Source: Alphaproteobacteria bacterium (GTDB lineage Bacteria > Pseudomonadota > Alphaproteobacteria > MPNO01). From it: DNA of 64,000 nucleotides. Location of the stretch: contig CBDFLJ010000002.1 of assembly GCA_965248835.1 (NCBI GenBank), forward strand, positions 2,208,001 through 2,272,000, given 5' to 3'. Position 1 is the first letter of the stretch; each line of letters opens with the position of its first letter. The notes under the pieces are model-generated. The model was not told the DNA's origin, searched no databases, and was given only the letters and a program-made list of their open reading frames with translations. This document shows positions 19,904-30,523 of this stretch, piece by piece. The position numbers were made by a program, and so were the translations under genes.

Positions 19904-20773
19904 ATGAAAAGATGTGGGGGAGCAGGAATTTTTCGGCGTAGCGCGGGGCTGGCACTCGTTGGGAGCGCGCTGTTCGCGTCGGCCTTCGCCGCCGCGGCAA
20001 CGGCGGCAGCGCAGGCTGTCGATCTCGAACTCGTCATTTCAACCGATGTCTCGCGAAGCATAGATCAAGAGGAGGCTCTGTTGCAGCGCCAGGGAATCGC
20101 CGCGGCGTTTCGAAACCCGGCGATCATCCGCGCAATCGAGTCAGGTTTCCTCGGCAAGATCGGCGTGGCGTATATCGATTATTCGAGCCGCGCCTTCAAC
20201 AAGATCGTCATCGACTGGACGCTCGTTCACGACCGCAAGACCGCCGAGGCATTTGCCTCTCGCCTGCTCGATGCGCCGCTGACATTTGGCCGCCGAACCT
20301 CGATCAGCGATGCCATCGAACTGGCGCGGGAGATGATTGGGTCGAACGCCTTGGAGGGAACGCGGCGCGTGATAGATGTCTCCGGCGACGGACCGAACAA
20401 TCATGGACGTCTCGTCGACGCGGTCCGCGACGCCACCATCTCCCGGCGGATTACCGTCAACGGGCTTCCGATCATCAACCAGCGTAGCGCATTCAACAGC
20501 AGGTTTTACCTGCCGGATCTGGACAAATATTACCGGGGCTGCGTGATCGGCGGGCCCGGTGCGTTTCTCGTGGTTGCGAACAGTTTCGAGGACTTCGCGC
20601 GCGCCATACGGCGGAAGCTGATCCTCGAGATCTCGGGAACCGTGCCGAAATTCGATCGAGCGCTTTCCGCCAATCTCATCCGGGTATCGTCGCCCGGGCG
20701 TTTGCGCCCATCACCAACCGGATACGTCTATCCCAAGGGTTGCGACATAGGTGAGCGCATGCGGAATTTCTGA
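19904..20773 (+). CDS. DUF1194 (vWA-like) exported protein
   Basis: VDLELVISTDVSRSID..LQRQG, RRVIDVSGDGPNN, VNGLPI, CVIGGPGAF, AIRRKLILEIS. Confidence 0.85.
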   Translation: MKRCGGAGIFRRSAGLALVGSALFASAFAAAATAAAQAVDLELVISTDVSRSIDQEEALLQRQGIAAAFRNPAIIRAIESGFLGKIGVAYIDYSSRAFNKIVIDWTLVHDRKTAEAFASRLLDAPLTFGRRTSISDAIELAREMIGSNALEGTRRVIDVSGDGPNNHGRLVDAVRDATISRRITVNGLPIINQRSAFNSRFYLPDLDKYYRGCVIGGPGAFLVVANSFEDFARAIRRKLILEISGTVPKFDRALSANLIRVSSPGRLRPSPTGYVYPKGCDIGERMRNF

Positions 20774-21037
20774 GACGATCCGTAAGGGCCAAGACGTAAG
20801 CAACAGCCGAATATGCTCGGACCCATAAGGTAATGATCGCGACGACCCGAACCTGTCCCTCGGTATCGAGCGTTTGCCTTGTTCATCCGATGCGCGAAGC
20901 CGCCCCCGACATCAAAAGAATAAGTCGCTGGACGGGCCCCCAGAGCAACGGAACGGTAAATCAGCGCCGGCATGCCGGCCCCGAGGCATTGGCCAGCTCG
21001 ACCGGACGCGTGCCGCCGCCCGCGGGCAACGAGCGGG

Positions 21038-21379
21038 GGCATTGTCAGACCAATTGGATCGGACCTGCAAGACCTGCAATCGAAGGCCCTCCGGCTGCGA
21101 GTCGACGCCGCTCGGCCAGGGCGGCGGCCCGGGCTTGTGCAACGCCGCCCGGCATGATCGAAACGGTGCCACCGGAACCGCACCGTCTCGTGACAGACGT
21201 CGATACCGCGCTCGAACAGCAGATCTTCGACCTGTCTCGGCGGCAACGGGCAGCGGACATATCATCACCGCGAGGCGGATGACCTCGGGCGGACCGTTGA
21301 AATAACCGAAGGGATTTCGCATCCGGCAAAACTATGGATGCCCCGTCTGCCCATCAAACCACTTTTGTCTGACAACGCC
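21038..21379 (-). mobile_element. IS6-family internally deleted element, both ends retained (342 bp)
   Basis: GGCATTGTCAGAC ... GTCTGACAACGCC; residual RQVEDLLFERGIDVCHETVRFRWHRF. Confidence 0.85.
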
Positions 21380-21545
21380 GCTGCGTGCGTATATAGTTCC
21401 GCGGCGGGATGGGAATCGGGTTTTGCCGCTCCGACCAGGGAGCCTGGGGCCCGGCCCTGACCTTGGCGCGACGTGACAAGGACCGTATTGAAGCGGGCTC
21501 GGCGACCATGGCGCGGGTCCGCGGACTTTCCCAAGGGAGGAAGCC

Positions 21546-22781
21546 ATGCACCCAAAGAAATCTTTCATTACGAGGCCCGCGCTGGCGCTCGTGTGCGCGA
21601 CCGCCATTGGTCTCTTCGCGCCGAGCGCCAATGCCGCCGATCCGATCAAGATCGGCTATGTCGGCGGCATATCCGGCGCCTGCGGAGGGCTGACGCATTC
21701 GGCCGTGAAGGCGATGAAGATCGCCCAGCAGGAGATCAATGCCGCCGGCGGGGCAGCCGGGCGGCAGATCGAGATTGTCTGGCGCGATTCCAAGACCAAG
21801 CCGGACGAAGGCGCCAAACAGGCGCGCGATCTCATCCTGACCCAGAAAGTCGATCTTCTGACCGGCGTCTGCTCGAGCTCGGTGTTCATGGCCATCAACC
21901 AGGTCTCGAAGCAGTATGGCGTACCGCTGATCAGCGCCCTCAGCGGCACGCACAGGGCGACCATCGATTTCGGTCATCCCTATGTGTATCAGACCCAGCC
22001 GCACACCCTGATGGAAGGCAAGGCAATCGCCGAGTACGCCGCCATGAAGGGTTGGAAGAAAATCGTGACCATGGGTCTCGATTACGAGTGGGGCCGAACG
22101 ACTGTGGCGGTGTTCTCCGAAGAGCTGGCCAGGCTAAAGCCGGACGTGAAGATCAGCAAGAAGCTCTGGCCCAAATTCGGCGAGACCAACCTGACCTCCT
22201 ACATTACCGCCGCGCTGGCCGAAAAACCGGATGCCATCGTGGCCGTGATGTTCGGCAGCGGCACCAATAGCCTGATCAAGCAGGGCAGGTCGTACGGCCT
22301 GCTGAAAAGGACCGAGCTTCTGACCTTCCTCAGCACGGAGAGCTACATTTCGCTGGGCAAGAGCATCCCCGACGGCGTCCACGGTTGGGCCCGCGGTCCG
22401 TTCTACGCCCTGACCTCGGCCCGGGCCAAGGCCCTCGTCGAGAAGTACCGCAAGGCCCATGGCGGCGAGTATCCGAATGACTGGGGCATGCTCGGCTACG
22501 ATGCGATGTACATCATCAAGGCCGGGATCGATAAGGCGGGCGGTGCAGACCCGGCGAAATTCCGCCAGGCGATGGGCTCGATCACGTTCGACACGCTGCG
22601 CGGTCCGCTCAAGATGCGAATGATCGACAATACCTTCAACGCGCCGAGCTACATCGGCGTTACCAAGATGACGGGCACATACCCGTTCCCGACCATGGCC
22701 GCCGTAAGCGTCGTTTCCGGTGACCTCACGCTGCCCTCCGAGGCCAAGGTCAAGGCGCTGCGGGCGTCGGCCATGAAGTAA
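21546..22781 (+). CDS. Liv-type ABC substrate-binding protein
   Basis: Signal peptide ending ANA-ADPIKIG, EINAAGG..GRQIE, DYEWG; GGAGG RBS. Confidence 0.9.
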   Translation: MHPKKSFITRPALALVCATAIGLFAPSANAADPIKIGYVGGISGACGGLTHSAVKAMKIAQQEINAAGGAAGRQIEIVWRDSKTKPDEGAKQARDLILTQKVDLLTGVCSSSVFMAINQVSKQYGVPLISALSGTHRATIDFGHPYVYQTQPHTLMEGKAIAEYAAMKGWKKIVTMGLDYEWGRTTVAVFSEELARLKPDVKISKKLWPKFGETNLTSYITAALAEKPDAIVAVMFGSGTNSLIKQGRSYGLLKRTELLTFLSTESYISLGKSIPDGVHGWARGPFYALTSARAKALVEKYRKAHGGEYPNDWGMLGYDAMYIIKAGIDKAGGADPAKFRQAMGSITFDTLRGPLKMRMIDNTFNAPSYIGVTKMTGTYPFPTMAAVSVVSGDLTLPSEAKVKALRASAMK

Positions 22782-22892
22782 ACCTTGGTCGCTTCTGCAA
22801 GGCCGGATGGGAGGCCGCTCCCCGCAAAATGCGGGTCAAGCCATACCCATCCGGCCTCCGGTCGGTCACCGTCGACTGACGGTTAACGCCAG

Positions 22893-23756
22893 ATGCTCCT
22901 GGTACAGGTCTTGCAGGGCGTGATGGAGGGGGTCTTCCTGTTCCTGATCGCTTCCGGCCTGACGTTGATTTTCGGCGTTTCGCGGATCGTCAACTTCGCG
23001 CACGGTTCGTTTTACATGGTCGGCGCGTTTCTGACTTATCAGCTCTATCCCCATATCGCTTTCGGCACGACCTTCGGCTTCTTCGTCTCGATTTTCCTCT
23101 GCGGGTTCCTGGTCGCGCTACTCGGATTGCTGTTCGAAGTGCTTCTGCTTCGACGGGTTTACCATGCCGAGGAGTTGATGCAGCTCGTCCTCACGCTTGC
23201 TGCCGTGCTTATCATCCGCGATACCACCAAGCTGCTCTGGGGACTGGACGACGTCACCGTACAGCTCCCGGATGCGCTTGCAGGCGCCGAGGTCATCGGC
23301 AACGTCTATCTGCCGACCTACCAGCTCGTCATTATCGGCCTTGGCGTCGCCGTGCTCGCCATCGTCCGGGCATTCCTGAAGTTCAGCCGAGCCGGGATCA
23401 TCCTCAGAGCGGCCACCGACGATCGCGGAATGGTCGCCCTCCTGGGCACGAACCAGGCGCACGTCTTTTCCTGGGTTTTTGCAATCGGATGTTTTCTGGC
23501 CGGCATTGCCGGCGGGCTCGCCGCCGCCTTCGAAAGCATCAACTACCTGCTCGATACGCGCGTTATCGTGCTCGCCTTCATCGTGGTCGTCATCGGCGGA
23601 CTCGGTAATTTTTACGGTGCGTTCTTCGCGGCCTTGGCCGTCGGCATCGTCAAGGCGCTGGGGCTTCTCTGGGCGCCGCAACTATCGATGGTCATCATAT
23701 TCCTGTTGATGGCCGCCGTGCTCCTGATCCGCTCGCTCCGCAGAACCGCAGGTTGA
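22893..23756 (+). CDS. Liv-type ABC permease (LivH-like)
   Basis: GLTLIFGVSRIVNFAHG, VVIGGLG. Confidence 0.9.
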   Translation: MLLVQVLQGVMEGVFLFLIASGLTLIFGVSRIVNFAHGSFYMVGAFLTYQLYPHIAFGTTFGFFVSIFLCGFLVALLGLLFEVLLLRRVYHAEELMQLVLTLAAVLIIRDTTKLLWGLDDVTVQLPDALAGAEVIGNVYLPTYQLVIIGLGVAVLAIVRAFLKFSRAGIILRAATDDRGMVALLGTNQAHVFSWVFAIGCFLAGIAGGLAAAFESINYLLDTRVIVLAFIVVVIGGLGNFYGAFFAALAVGIVKALGLLWAPQLSMVIIFLLMAAVLLIRSLRRTAG

Positions 23757-24748
23757 TCTTGGCCGATAGTCCGGCACGTCGGGACACTGCAGGAGGCGCC
23801 GGTATCGGCGCTCGAACCAGGGATGTCTATGCGATCGACTGGCGGCTCACGACCATCGTTGTCGCGGCAGTCGTTTTGGCTCTCGTTGTGGCGCCGCCCT
23901 TCGTCGCCTTCGCTCTGATCGAAGTGATGATCTTCGCCCTTTACGCGAGCGCCCTGAACCTGCTGCTCAGCTATAGCGGCATGGTCTCCTTCGGCCATGC
24001 GGTATATTTCGGTCTCGGCGCATACGCACTGGGAATTACGGTGGCCAAGTTCGGCTGGCCGATTCCGGCCGGCATCGCGGCCGGGCCCATTGTCAGTGCC
24101 CTCTTCGGCCTGATGTACGGTGTACTCTGCGTCCAGCTGACCGCAATCTATGCGGCGATGCTGACCTTGGCCTGCGCCGAGGTAACCTTTGCCGTGGTTT
24201 TTCAATGGTTCGACTTTACCGGCGGCGATTCCGGCATTTCCGGCCATGTTACCGCGATGCTCGGGCTCGAGCCCTATCAGTTCGGACTGATCGTGCTCGC
24301 CGTTGTCACCGTGTCGATACTCATGCTGTGGCGGGTGGTGCATTCTCCTCTGGGCCTGACGATTCGGGCGGTTGGACAGAACCCGAACCGGGCTGCTGCC
24401 CTCGGCCACGGCCGCAAGCACGTGCAGTTGATCGCCTTCACGATTTCAGCGTTCTTTTCCGGTGTCGCAGGGACCCTGTTCGGTATTTTTCACGGCAACG
24501 TGTTCCCGGACTATGTCGGTCTCCTGATCACCGTCGACGGCTTGATGATGGTGGTCCTCGGCGGGCTTTACAGTTTTGCTGCCGGTATTTATGGCGCCAT
24601 CGTTTACAAGATCTTGGACAACCTGGTGGCCCAATATTTCGAATATTGGCAGTTGGCGATCGGGATCGTCATCGTTCTCGTGGTGCTTGTCTCGCCGACA
24701 GGGATCGCCGGATTCGTCCGGCGCTTCACGGAACGGTTCGGTCGGTAG
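23753..24748 (+). CDS. Liv-type ABC permease (LivM-like)
   Basis: GMVSFGHAVYFGLGAY, TGGDSG, MVVLGG. Confidence 0.9.
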   Translation: MILADSPARRDTAGGAGIGARTRDVYAIDWRLTTIVVAAVVLALVVAPPFVAFALIEVMIFALYASALNLLLSYSGMVSFGHAVYFGLGAYALGITVAKFGWPIPAGIAAGPIVSALFGLMYGVLCVQLTAIYAAMLTLACAEVTFAVVFQWFDFTGGDSGISGHVTAMLGLEPYQFGLIVLAVVTVSILMLWRVVHSPLGLTIRAVGQNPNRAAALGHGRKHVQLIAFTISAFFSGVAGTLFGIFHGNVFPDYVGLLITVDGLMMVVLGGLYSFAAGIYGAIVYKILDNLVAQYFEYWQLAIGIVIVLVVLVSPTGIAGFVRRFTERFGR

Positions 24749-24754
24749 GCGGCG

Positions 24755-25522
24755 ATGTCGACCTCGACCTCGACCCGGCATCCGGCTCTCGCGGTTCGCG
24801 GACTGCGTAAGGAGTTTTCCCGCTTCGTCGCACTCGACGGTGTCGATCTAAGCGTTGCACAGGGCGAGATTCGCGCCGTCATCGGCCCCAACGGCGCCGG
24901 CAAGACGACCCTTATCAACGTGTTGAGCGGGCAGATCGTCGCGGACGGCGGAGAGATCGAGGTCAGCGGCCGGCGTCTGACCCGCCAGTACCCGCATCAG
25001 GTCGCCAAGCTGGGCGTCGGCCGTACGTTTCAGATTTCCAGCACTTTCCGCCGCATGACGGTGTTCGACAACATGCTCTGCGCTCACAACGCAGCCTCGC
25101 CCGAATGGTCCAGCCTGCGTGCGGGCCGTCTCAGAAATCTTCGCGATGCGGTGATGGCCGATCTGGAGGCTATCCAACTCGCCGCAATCGCCGAGCAGGT
25201 TGTCGACGACATCTCGCACGGCGACCGCAAACGCCTGGAATTCGGCATGGTGCTTGCGACGCGGCCAACCCTGTTGTTGCTGGACGAACCGACTGCCGGC
25301 ATGGGGTTGCAGGAACGCCACGAACTGATCGATCTCGTTCTGCACGAGACGCGCAGCCGCGGGATAACGCTGCTGTTCGTCGAGCACGATATCGACATCG
25401 TATTCAAAGCCGCCGAGTACATCACCGTCATGGCGCTCGGCAAAGTCTTCACCGAGGGCACACCCGACGAAATCGCCAACAACGAAGCCGTCCAGGAAAT
25501 CTATCTCGGCGGGCACGCCTGA
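24755..25522 (+). CDS. Liv-type ABC ATP-binding protein (LivG-like)
   Basis: GPNGAGKTT, RTFQ, LDEPTAG, VEHD. Confidence 0.9.
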   Translation: MSTSTSTRHPALAVRGLRKEFSRFVALDGVDLSVAQGEIRAVIGPNGAGKTTLINVLSGQIVADGGEIEVSGRRLTRQYPHQVAKLGVGRTFQISSTFRRMTVFDNMLCAHNAASPEWSSLRAGRLRNLRDAVMADLEAIQLAAIAEQVVDDISHGDRKRLEFGMVLATRPTLLLLDEPTAGMGLQERHELIDLVLHETRSRGITLLFVEHDIDIVFKAAEYITVMALGKVFTEGTPDEIANNEAVQEIYLGGHA

Positions 25523-26232
25523 TGTTGGTATTGGAGCAGGTGCGCGCCGCCTATGGTCACAGTCAGGCGCTGCACGGCATCGATCTCGAGGTGAACGAGG
25601 GCGAGGTCGTCTGTATCGTCGGGCGCAACGGGGCCGGCAAGACCAGCACCATGCGCTGCGTGGTGCAGGACATGATCCAGGTCACCGGAGGCTCCGTCCG
25701 CTTCAAAGGCGAAGAGATCGCCGGCCTGAATCCGCATCTCGTTGCCCGCAAGGGGATCGGCTATGTGCCGGAAGATCGTCGGGTGTTTCCGAGCCTGACG
25801 GTGCAGGAGAATCTCACCGTGCCCCGGTCTCTGGCCGCTGCCGGCGCCGGCTACTGGACCTTGGAGAAGGTGACGGAGCTGTTTCCGCAATTGCGGGAAT
25901 TCCGCTCGCGGCTTGCGGGGAACCTGAGCGGAGGGCAGCAACAAATGCTGTCGATCGCCCGGACGCTGCTTATCAACCCGCAACTTCTGCTGCTCGACGA
26001 ACCGCACGAGGGTCTGGCGCCGATCGTCGCCCGCGACGTCGTCAACGCCATCGGCGAACTGAAAGCCCTCGGCGTATCGATGCTCATCTCGGAGCAACAG
26101 CTTCTGCTGGTGCACGATACTGCCGACAAGATCTACATTGTCGATCGCGGTCAAATCGTATTTTCAGGAACGATGGACCAGTTCGAGAGCGATCCCGAAA
26201 TTGCCCGGCGTTATCTGATGGTGGTGCAATAG
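25522..26232 (+). CDS. Liv-type ABC ATP-binding protein (LivF-like)
   Basis: TGATG overlap; GRNGAGKTS, YVPEDRRVF, LSGGQQQM, LDEP. Confidence 0.9.
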   Translation: MLVLEQVRAAYGHSQALHGIDLEVNEGEVVCIVGRNGAGKTSTMRCVVQDMIQVTGGSVRFKGEEIAGLNPHLVARKGIGYVPEDRRVFPSLTVQENLTVPRSLAAAGAGYWTLEKVTELFPQLREFRSRLAGNLSGGQQQMLSIARTLLINPQLLLLDEPHEGLAPIVARDVVNAIGELKALGVSMLISEQQLLLVHDTADKIYIVDRGQIVFSGTMDQFESDPEIARRYLMVVQ

Positions 26233-26268
26233 CTTGGGGGTCGGCGTTGGATTTCGGTCCCCTGGAAC

Positions 26269-26735
26269 GGCATTGTCAGACTAACAGGACAGGACTTGTA
26301 GAACCTGCAATCGAGCGCCTTCAGGCTGCTCGTTGACGCCACTCGGCGAGGGCGGCGGCTCGGTCTTGCTTGAAAATGTCGCGGCGGTCGAGATGGCGCT
26401 GGTGGTTGAAGTGGTTGTGGATCGAGGCGCGGACGGCGGCGGATTTTTGCACGGTCTCTACGTCCCTGAATCTGACCATCGTCCGTTCCCGATCTCCGCG
26501 GCAAACAGCGGACCGAAGCGGTGCCACCGGAACCGCACCGTCTCGTGACAGACGTCGATGCCGTGCTCGAACAGCAGATCTTCGACCTGTCTCAGCGACA
26601 ACGGGCAGCGGACATACATCATCACCGCGAGGCGGATGACCTCGGACGAACTGTTGAAATAACGGAAGGGATTTCGCATCCGGCAAACGATGGATGCCCC
26701 ATCTGCCCATCAATCCATTTTTGTCTGACAACGCC
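26269..26735 (-). mobile_element. IS6-family internally deleted element, both ends retained (467 bp)
   Basis: Same IRs; MRNPFRYFNSSSEVIRLAVMMYVR..LSLRQVEDLL joined directly to the C-terminal segment. Confidence 0.88.
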
Positions 26736-26759
26736 GGCGTCCGTGTTCGGCCGCGACGC

Positions 26760-26828
26760 GAGCCAGATCCGCGGCCTCCTGCTCGATCGCGGCATCGCCT
26801 TCTTCAAGAGCGTTACCAGAGCGCGGAG
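26760..26828 (+). mobile_element. IS110-like transposase fragment
   Basis: SQIRGLLLDRGIAF resembles NQIRGLLxExGI of IS110/IS1111 transposases; very short. Confidence 0.4.
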
Positions 26829-26833
26829 GACGA

Positions 26834-27778
26834 TCACCCCGTGACCAGGTCCTGCTGGTCAGCGGCATTGTAGTTGGCGTCGTACCACCAGGCGAGGTGG
26901 TCTTCATAGACGACGGGCGGCCAGCGCGGCGGATTGTCGGGGCCCGTGCAGGTCGGTGCGCAGTGGATTTCAGCGTCGAGATTGGGGCCGAAGAAATAGG
27001 GAATCGCGTAGCGGTGGCGCCCCACCGGCGGCAACGCGCGGTGCGGGGTCGATTTGTAGCGCCCGTTGGTCCAGCGGTGCAGCATGTCGCCGGTGTTGAC
27101 GACATAGGAGTCCTCGACGAAGGGAACATCCTCCCAGCCATCCCCTTCGCGCCGGATCTGCAGCCCCGGCACGCCCGGCTGCGCGAGGAAGGTCAGGAAA
27201 TTGACGTCCGTATGCGGCGCGATGCCGTAGCGCCCCGGCTCGCGTGCCGCGGGCGGGTAATGCGAGAGCCGGAAGGAGAACTGGCTGCGTGTGAAATAGG
27301 GAGCGAACCAGTCCTCCGGCAGGCCGAGAGACAGGGAAAGCGCCGGCAGGACGCTCACCGCCAGCCGGTCCACGGTCTCGCAATATTCCAGCAGCGTTTG
27401 CCGAAAGCCGGGCAGGTCCGCCGGCCAGCGGTTGGGTCCGGCGAAGCGCCGCCCGGCCAGCGGGTCGTCCGGGCCGCGCTCGCGCTTTAGGAAGAAGGCC
27501 TCGTTCATGTCCGGCAGCGCGGCTTCGCTGACCCGCGAGGTCCGCACATTGTAGCGCGCCATCGCCATGTAGCCGTTGTTGTGCTCGTTCATCAGCACGG
27601 CGTGCTTGGCCGCTTCCGGCTGGGCGTGGAATCTTTCCGCCTCCGCGAACACCCGCCGCGTGAGCTCCCGCGGCACGCCGTGGTTCACGACGATGAAGAA
27701 GCCGACATGCTCCAGCGTGCCCGCGAGCGCGTCCGCCACTTCGTCCCGGCTCCGGGAAAGATCGATCAACGGAATCAT
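26834..27778 (-). CDS. 2OG-Fe(II) oxygenase, isopenicillin N synthase family
   Basis: MIPLIDL, GFFIVVNHGV, PHTD, NTGDMLHRWTNGRYKSTPHR; GAAGGAG RBS. Confidence 0.92.
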   Translation of the reverse strand: MIPLIDLSRSRDEVADALAGTLEHVGFFIVVNHGVPRELTRRVFAEAERFHAQPEAAKHAVLMNEHNNGYMAMARYNVRTSRVSEAALPDMNEAFFLKRERGPDDPLAGRRFAGPNRWPADLPGFRQTLLEYCETVDRLAVSVLPALSLSLGLPEDWFAPYFTRSQFSFRLSHYPPAAREPGRYGIAPHTDVNFLTFLAQPGVPGLQIRREGDGWEDVPFVEDSYVVNTGDMLHRWTNGRYKSTPHRALPPVGRHRYAIPYFFGPNLDAEIHCAPTCTGPDNPPRWPPVVYEDHLAWWYDANYNAADQQDLVTG

Positions 27779-27912
27779 GGCTTTGTCTCCTTCTTCCGCT
27801 GTCCCGTCCGACCGCGATCGGCTCAACCGCCTCCGGCATCCAGCGGCCAAAGCCAGCCATGCGCGCCGACCTTGAGGCCGAAGACCTTCAATATGCCGCG
27901 CAACTCGTTCCC

Positions 27913-28195
27913 TGTCCCGCCCCACTGGCCGGTCCGGTTTGAATGTTAGTGCATTGACGGTTTCTCGGCCAAGCCGGGTGACCTGCGGAACGCAGCGGAG
28001 CCGGGCGGCCAGCTTGGCGGAACGATCGTCTCCGGAGCCGGCGGCCGGTATCCCAGGCTGCCATGTGGACGAACGATATTGTAGTGGCGCCGCCAGGCTT
28101 CGATGAGGATTTGGGCTTCCTTGTCGTCGACCTGCCACCGGCGTCGCACAGCAAGGCTGCGATCCGTCGGTAGCCGTAACGGCCAACCAATCGCA
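27913..28195 (-). mobile_element. IS3-family remnant, orfB start fused to orfB end
   Basis: GRYGYRRIAALL then EAQILIEAWRRHYNIVRPHGSLGYRPPAPE and right end like that at 17230-17284. Confidence 0.8.
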
Positions 28196-28212
28196 TCCCA
28201 CCGGCAGGCACT

Positions 28213-28471
28213 CGCGCGATGCGTCGGCACTGTCCATCAGGCGCGCCAGCGGCGTTGCGCCGAGTTCGCGGTGACCGCGGCGATGGTAATCGCGTTCCAA
28301 CCAGGCAACGGTGATGTCGTTCAGCCGGACCAGGGTGAGCGCCTCGACGCCCTCGAGCATGGCCATCAGCCGGCCCTCGACCAAGGCCCAGAAGACTTCC
28401 TGTTTACCGTTCTGGTGAGGACTGTAGGCGAGCTTCGGCGTGTGCGGAATGCCGAGCCGGTGCAGCCCCTC
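28213..28471 (-). mobile_element. DDE (rve/Mu-like) transposase fragment
   Basis: LHRLGIPH..AYSPHQNGKQEVFW..VEGRL..LNDITVAWLERDYHRR..ELGATPL. Confidence 0.65.
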
Positions 28472-28561
28472 CCCGAGATAGCGGCGGAGATAGCGGTAGA
28501 ACGCATCGGTCCTTGACGGTTAGCGAGATCCAAGATCAAGCTCCAGGCTCACAAGACCGGA

Positions 28562-29428
28562 ATGGACGCGGGAGGCCGAGCGGTGGCGACAGGGAAATTG
28601 GACGGCAAGGCCGTCATCATGACCGGTGGGGCGCAGGGGCTCGGGCTCGCGATGGCGCTTGGTCTCGCGCGCGAAGGCGCGAATGTCAGCCTGGTCGACA
28701 TCGACGGCGACATGCTCGCCCGGGCGGTCGCCCAGGCTGGCGATGAGGTCGGCGGCGAGCGCGTGATCTCCGTCGTCACCGACGTCAGCGACGAGGCCCA
28801 GGTCCGCAAGGCGATCGCCGCCACGGTCGAGGCGTTCGGCGGCCTCGACATCCTGGTCAACGATGCCGGCATCGGTCCGCCGGCAAATGGAAGGAGCCTG
28901 TTCAACGATCCCGAGAAGTTCTGGGAGAACGACCTCGGCCGCTGGCGCCGCACCGTCGAGGTCAACACGATGGGCAGCCACATGATGGCCGCACTTGCCG
29001 CGCCGCACATGATCGAGCGTGGCTGGGGCCGGATCATCAACGTGACCACGTCGATGAACGCCATGTACATGGCCGGCTGCGGCGCCTACGGCCCGTCCAA
29101 GGCGGCCCTGGAAGCCGATACCGCGATCATGGCGAAGGATCTCGCAGGGACCGGGGTGAGCGCCAACGTGCTAGTGCCCGGCGGTCCGGCGGACACGAGG
29201 ATGATCCCGGCCGACGCCGACATCGACCGTGGTCACCTGATCGCGCCGGACAGGATGGTCCCACCGGTCGTCTGGCTCGCCTCACCGGCGTCGGACGGCG
29301 TCACCAGCATGCGGTTCCAGGCCGCCTTGTGGGACGCGGCGCTCGCGCCCGCCACAGCGGCGGAGCGCGCCGGAGCGCCGGCCGCGTGGCCCCAGCTCGG
29401 CGCGCAGGCGATAATGCCGGATGACTAG
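28562..29428 (+). CDS. Short-chain dehydrogenase/reductase
   Basis: TGGAQGLG, LDILVNDAGI, YGPSK. Confidence 0.92.
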   Translation: MDAGGRAVATGKLDGKAVIMTGGAQGLGLAMALGLAREGANVSLVDIDGDMLARAVAQAGDEVGGERVISVVTDVSDEAQVRKAIAATVEAFGGLDILVNDAGIGPPANGRSLFNDPEKFWENDLGRWRRTVEVNTMGSHMMAALAAPHMIERGWGRIINVTTSMNAMYMAGCGAYGPSKAALEADTAIMAKDLAGTGVSANVLVPGGPADTRMIPADADIDRGHLIAPDRMVPPVVWLASPASDGVTSMRFQAALWDAALAPATAAERAGAPAAWPQLGAQAIMPDD

Positions 29429-30470
29429 CCACGTTCCCGCACCGGCAGATTACGTTCGAAAACGACATCGTAAAGGCGAGGAGGAGACGACCGTTGTGAG
29501 GATACTCACCAAATCGGCCCTACCGCTTGTCGCATCGATGCTCATCGCGGCGCCCGCGGCGTCCCAGACCTACGGGCTCGGCTCGACGCCGCCCGGCAGC
29601 ATCGCCTATGCCTCGGCGGCGGCGATCTCCAAGGTGGCGAAGGAAAAGGCGGGGCTCAGGCTGCTGTTGCAACCCAATGCCGGCACGTCGGCGGTGTTCG
29701 CGCTGGTCAATGCCGGCGAGATGGAGTTCGGCATCCATGACGTAACCGAGATGGGCGAGGCTGTCGCCGGCACCGGCAAGTACGTCGGCCGGGCCCGAAC
29801 CAACCTGCGTGTCCTCGCCATCATGTACCCGATCAATGTCGGATACTTCGTCCGCGCGGACTCCGCCATCAAGACGATCGCCGACCTCAAGGGTAAGCGT
29901 TTCCCGACCGGCTGGGGCACGTTCTCCAACGGACCGCCGATTTCCAAGGCGATCCTCGCCACCGCCGGGCTGAGCGAAGCCGATACGGTCTCGGTGCCGG
30001 TCTCCGGGCTGATCAAGGCGGTCGATGACTTCATCGCCGGCAAGGTGGCCGCGGCGATGTTCGGCATCGGCGGCCCAAAGGTCGCCCAGGCCAACGCGGC
30101 GGTGGGCGGCGTCCGGTTCCTGTCGATCGACGACTCGCCGGCGGCGGTCGCGGCGATCCACAGCGTCCGGCCGGGCTTCTATTTCCGGAAGTTCGACCCG
30201 GCACCGCATTTCGCCGGCATCGTCGGTCCAACCAACCTGATGGCCTTCGACCAGGCGCTCTACGCCAACACGAGCGTGGCTGACGAGGTGATCTACAAGC
30301 TGGCCAAGGCGCTCCACGCCAACAAGCCGGCGCTGGCGAAGATGTTCCCGTTCCTCAACCAGTTCCGGCCCGACGAGATGGCCAAGGACATCCCGCTGGT
30401 CGAGTACCACCCCGGCGCGATCAAGTTCTATCGCGAAATCGGCCAATGGCCGCCTCCTAAGCGCAGCTGA
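29421..30470 (+). CDS. TAXI-family TRAP substrate-binding protein
   Basis: Signal peptide, IKTIADLKGKR, YHPGAIKFYREIG; true start probably near 29497 after GAGGAG. Confidence 0.9.
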   Translation: MTSHVPAPADYVRKRHRKGEEETTVVRILTKSALPLVASMLIAAPAASQTYGLGSTPPGSIAYASAAAISKVAKEKAGLRLLLQPNAGTSAVFALVNAGEMEFGIHDVTEMGEAVAGTGKYVGRARTNLRVLAIMYPINVGYFVRADSAIKTIADLKGKRFPTGWGTFSNGPPISKAILATAGLSEADTVSVPVSGLIKAVDDFIAGKVAAAMFGIGGPKVAQANAAVGGVRFLSIDDSPAAVAAIHSVRPGFYFRKFDPAPHFAGIVGPTNLMAFDQALYANTSVADEVIYKLAKALHANKPALAKMFPFLNQFRPDEMAKDIPLVEYHPGAIKFYREIGQWPPPKRS

Positions 30471-30523
30471 CAACGGTCGCGCGGGAGGCCACGGCCACGG
30501 CGGCACCGCCGCTCTCGCCGGTC

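Noticed and set aside
24757-24775. TCGACC x3 repeat
   Set aside because: In-frame hexamer encoding STSTST in the LivG N-terminus
26834-28384. 516-aa apparent transposase-oxygenase fusion
   Set aside because: Chance open frame across IS debris; the oxygenase has its own RBS and ATG at 27778
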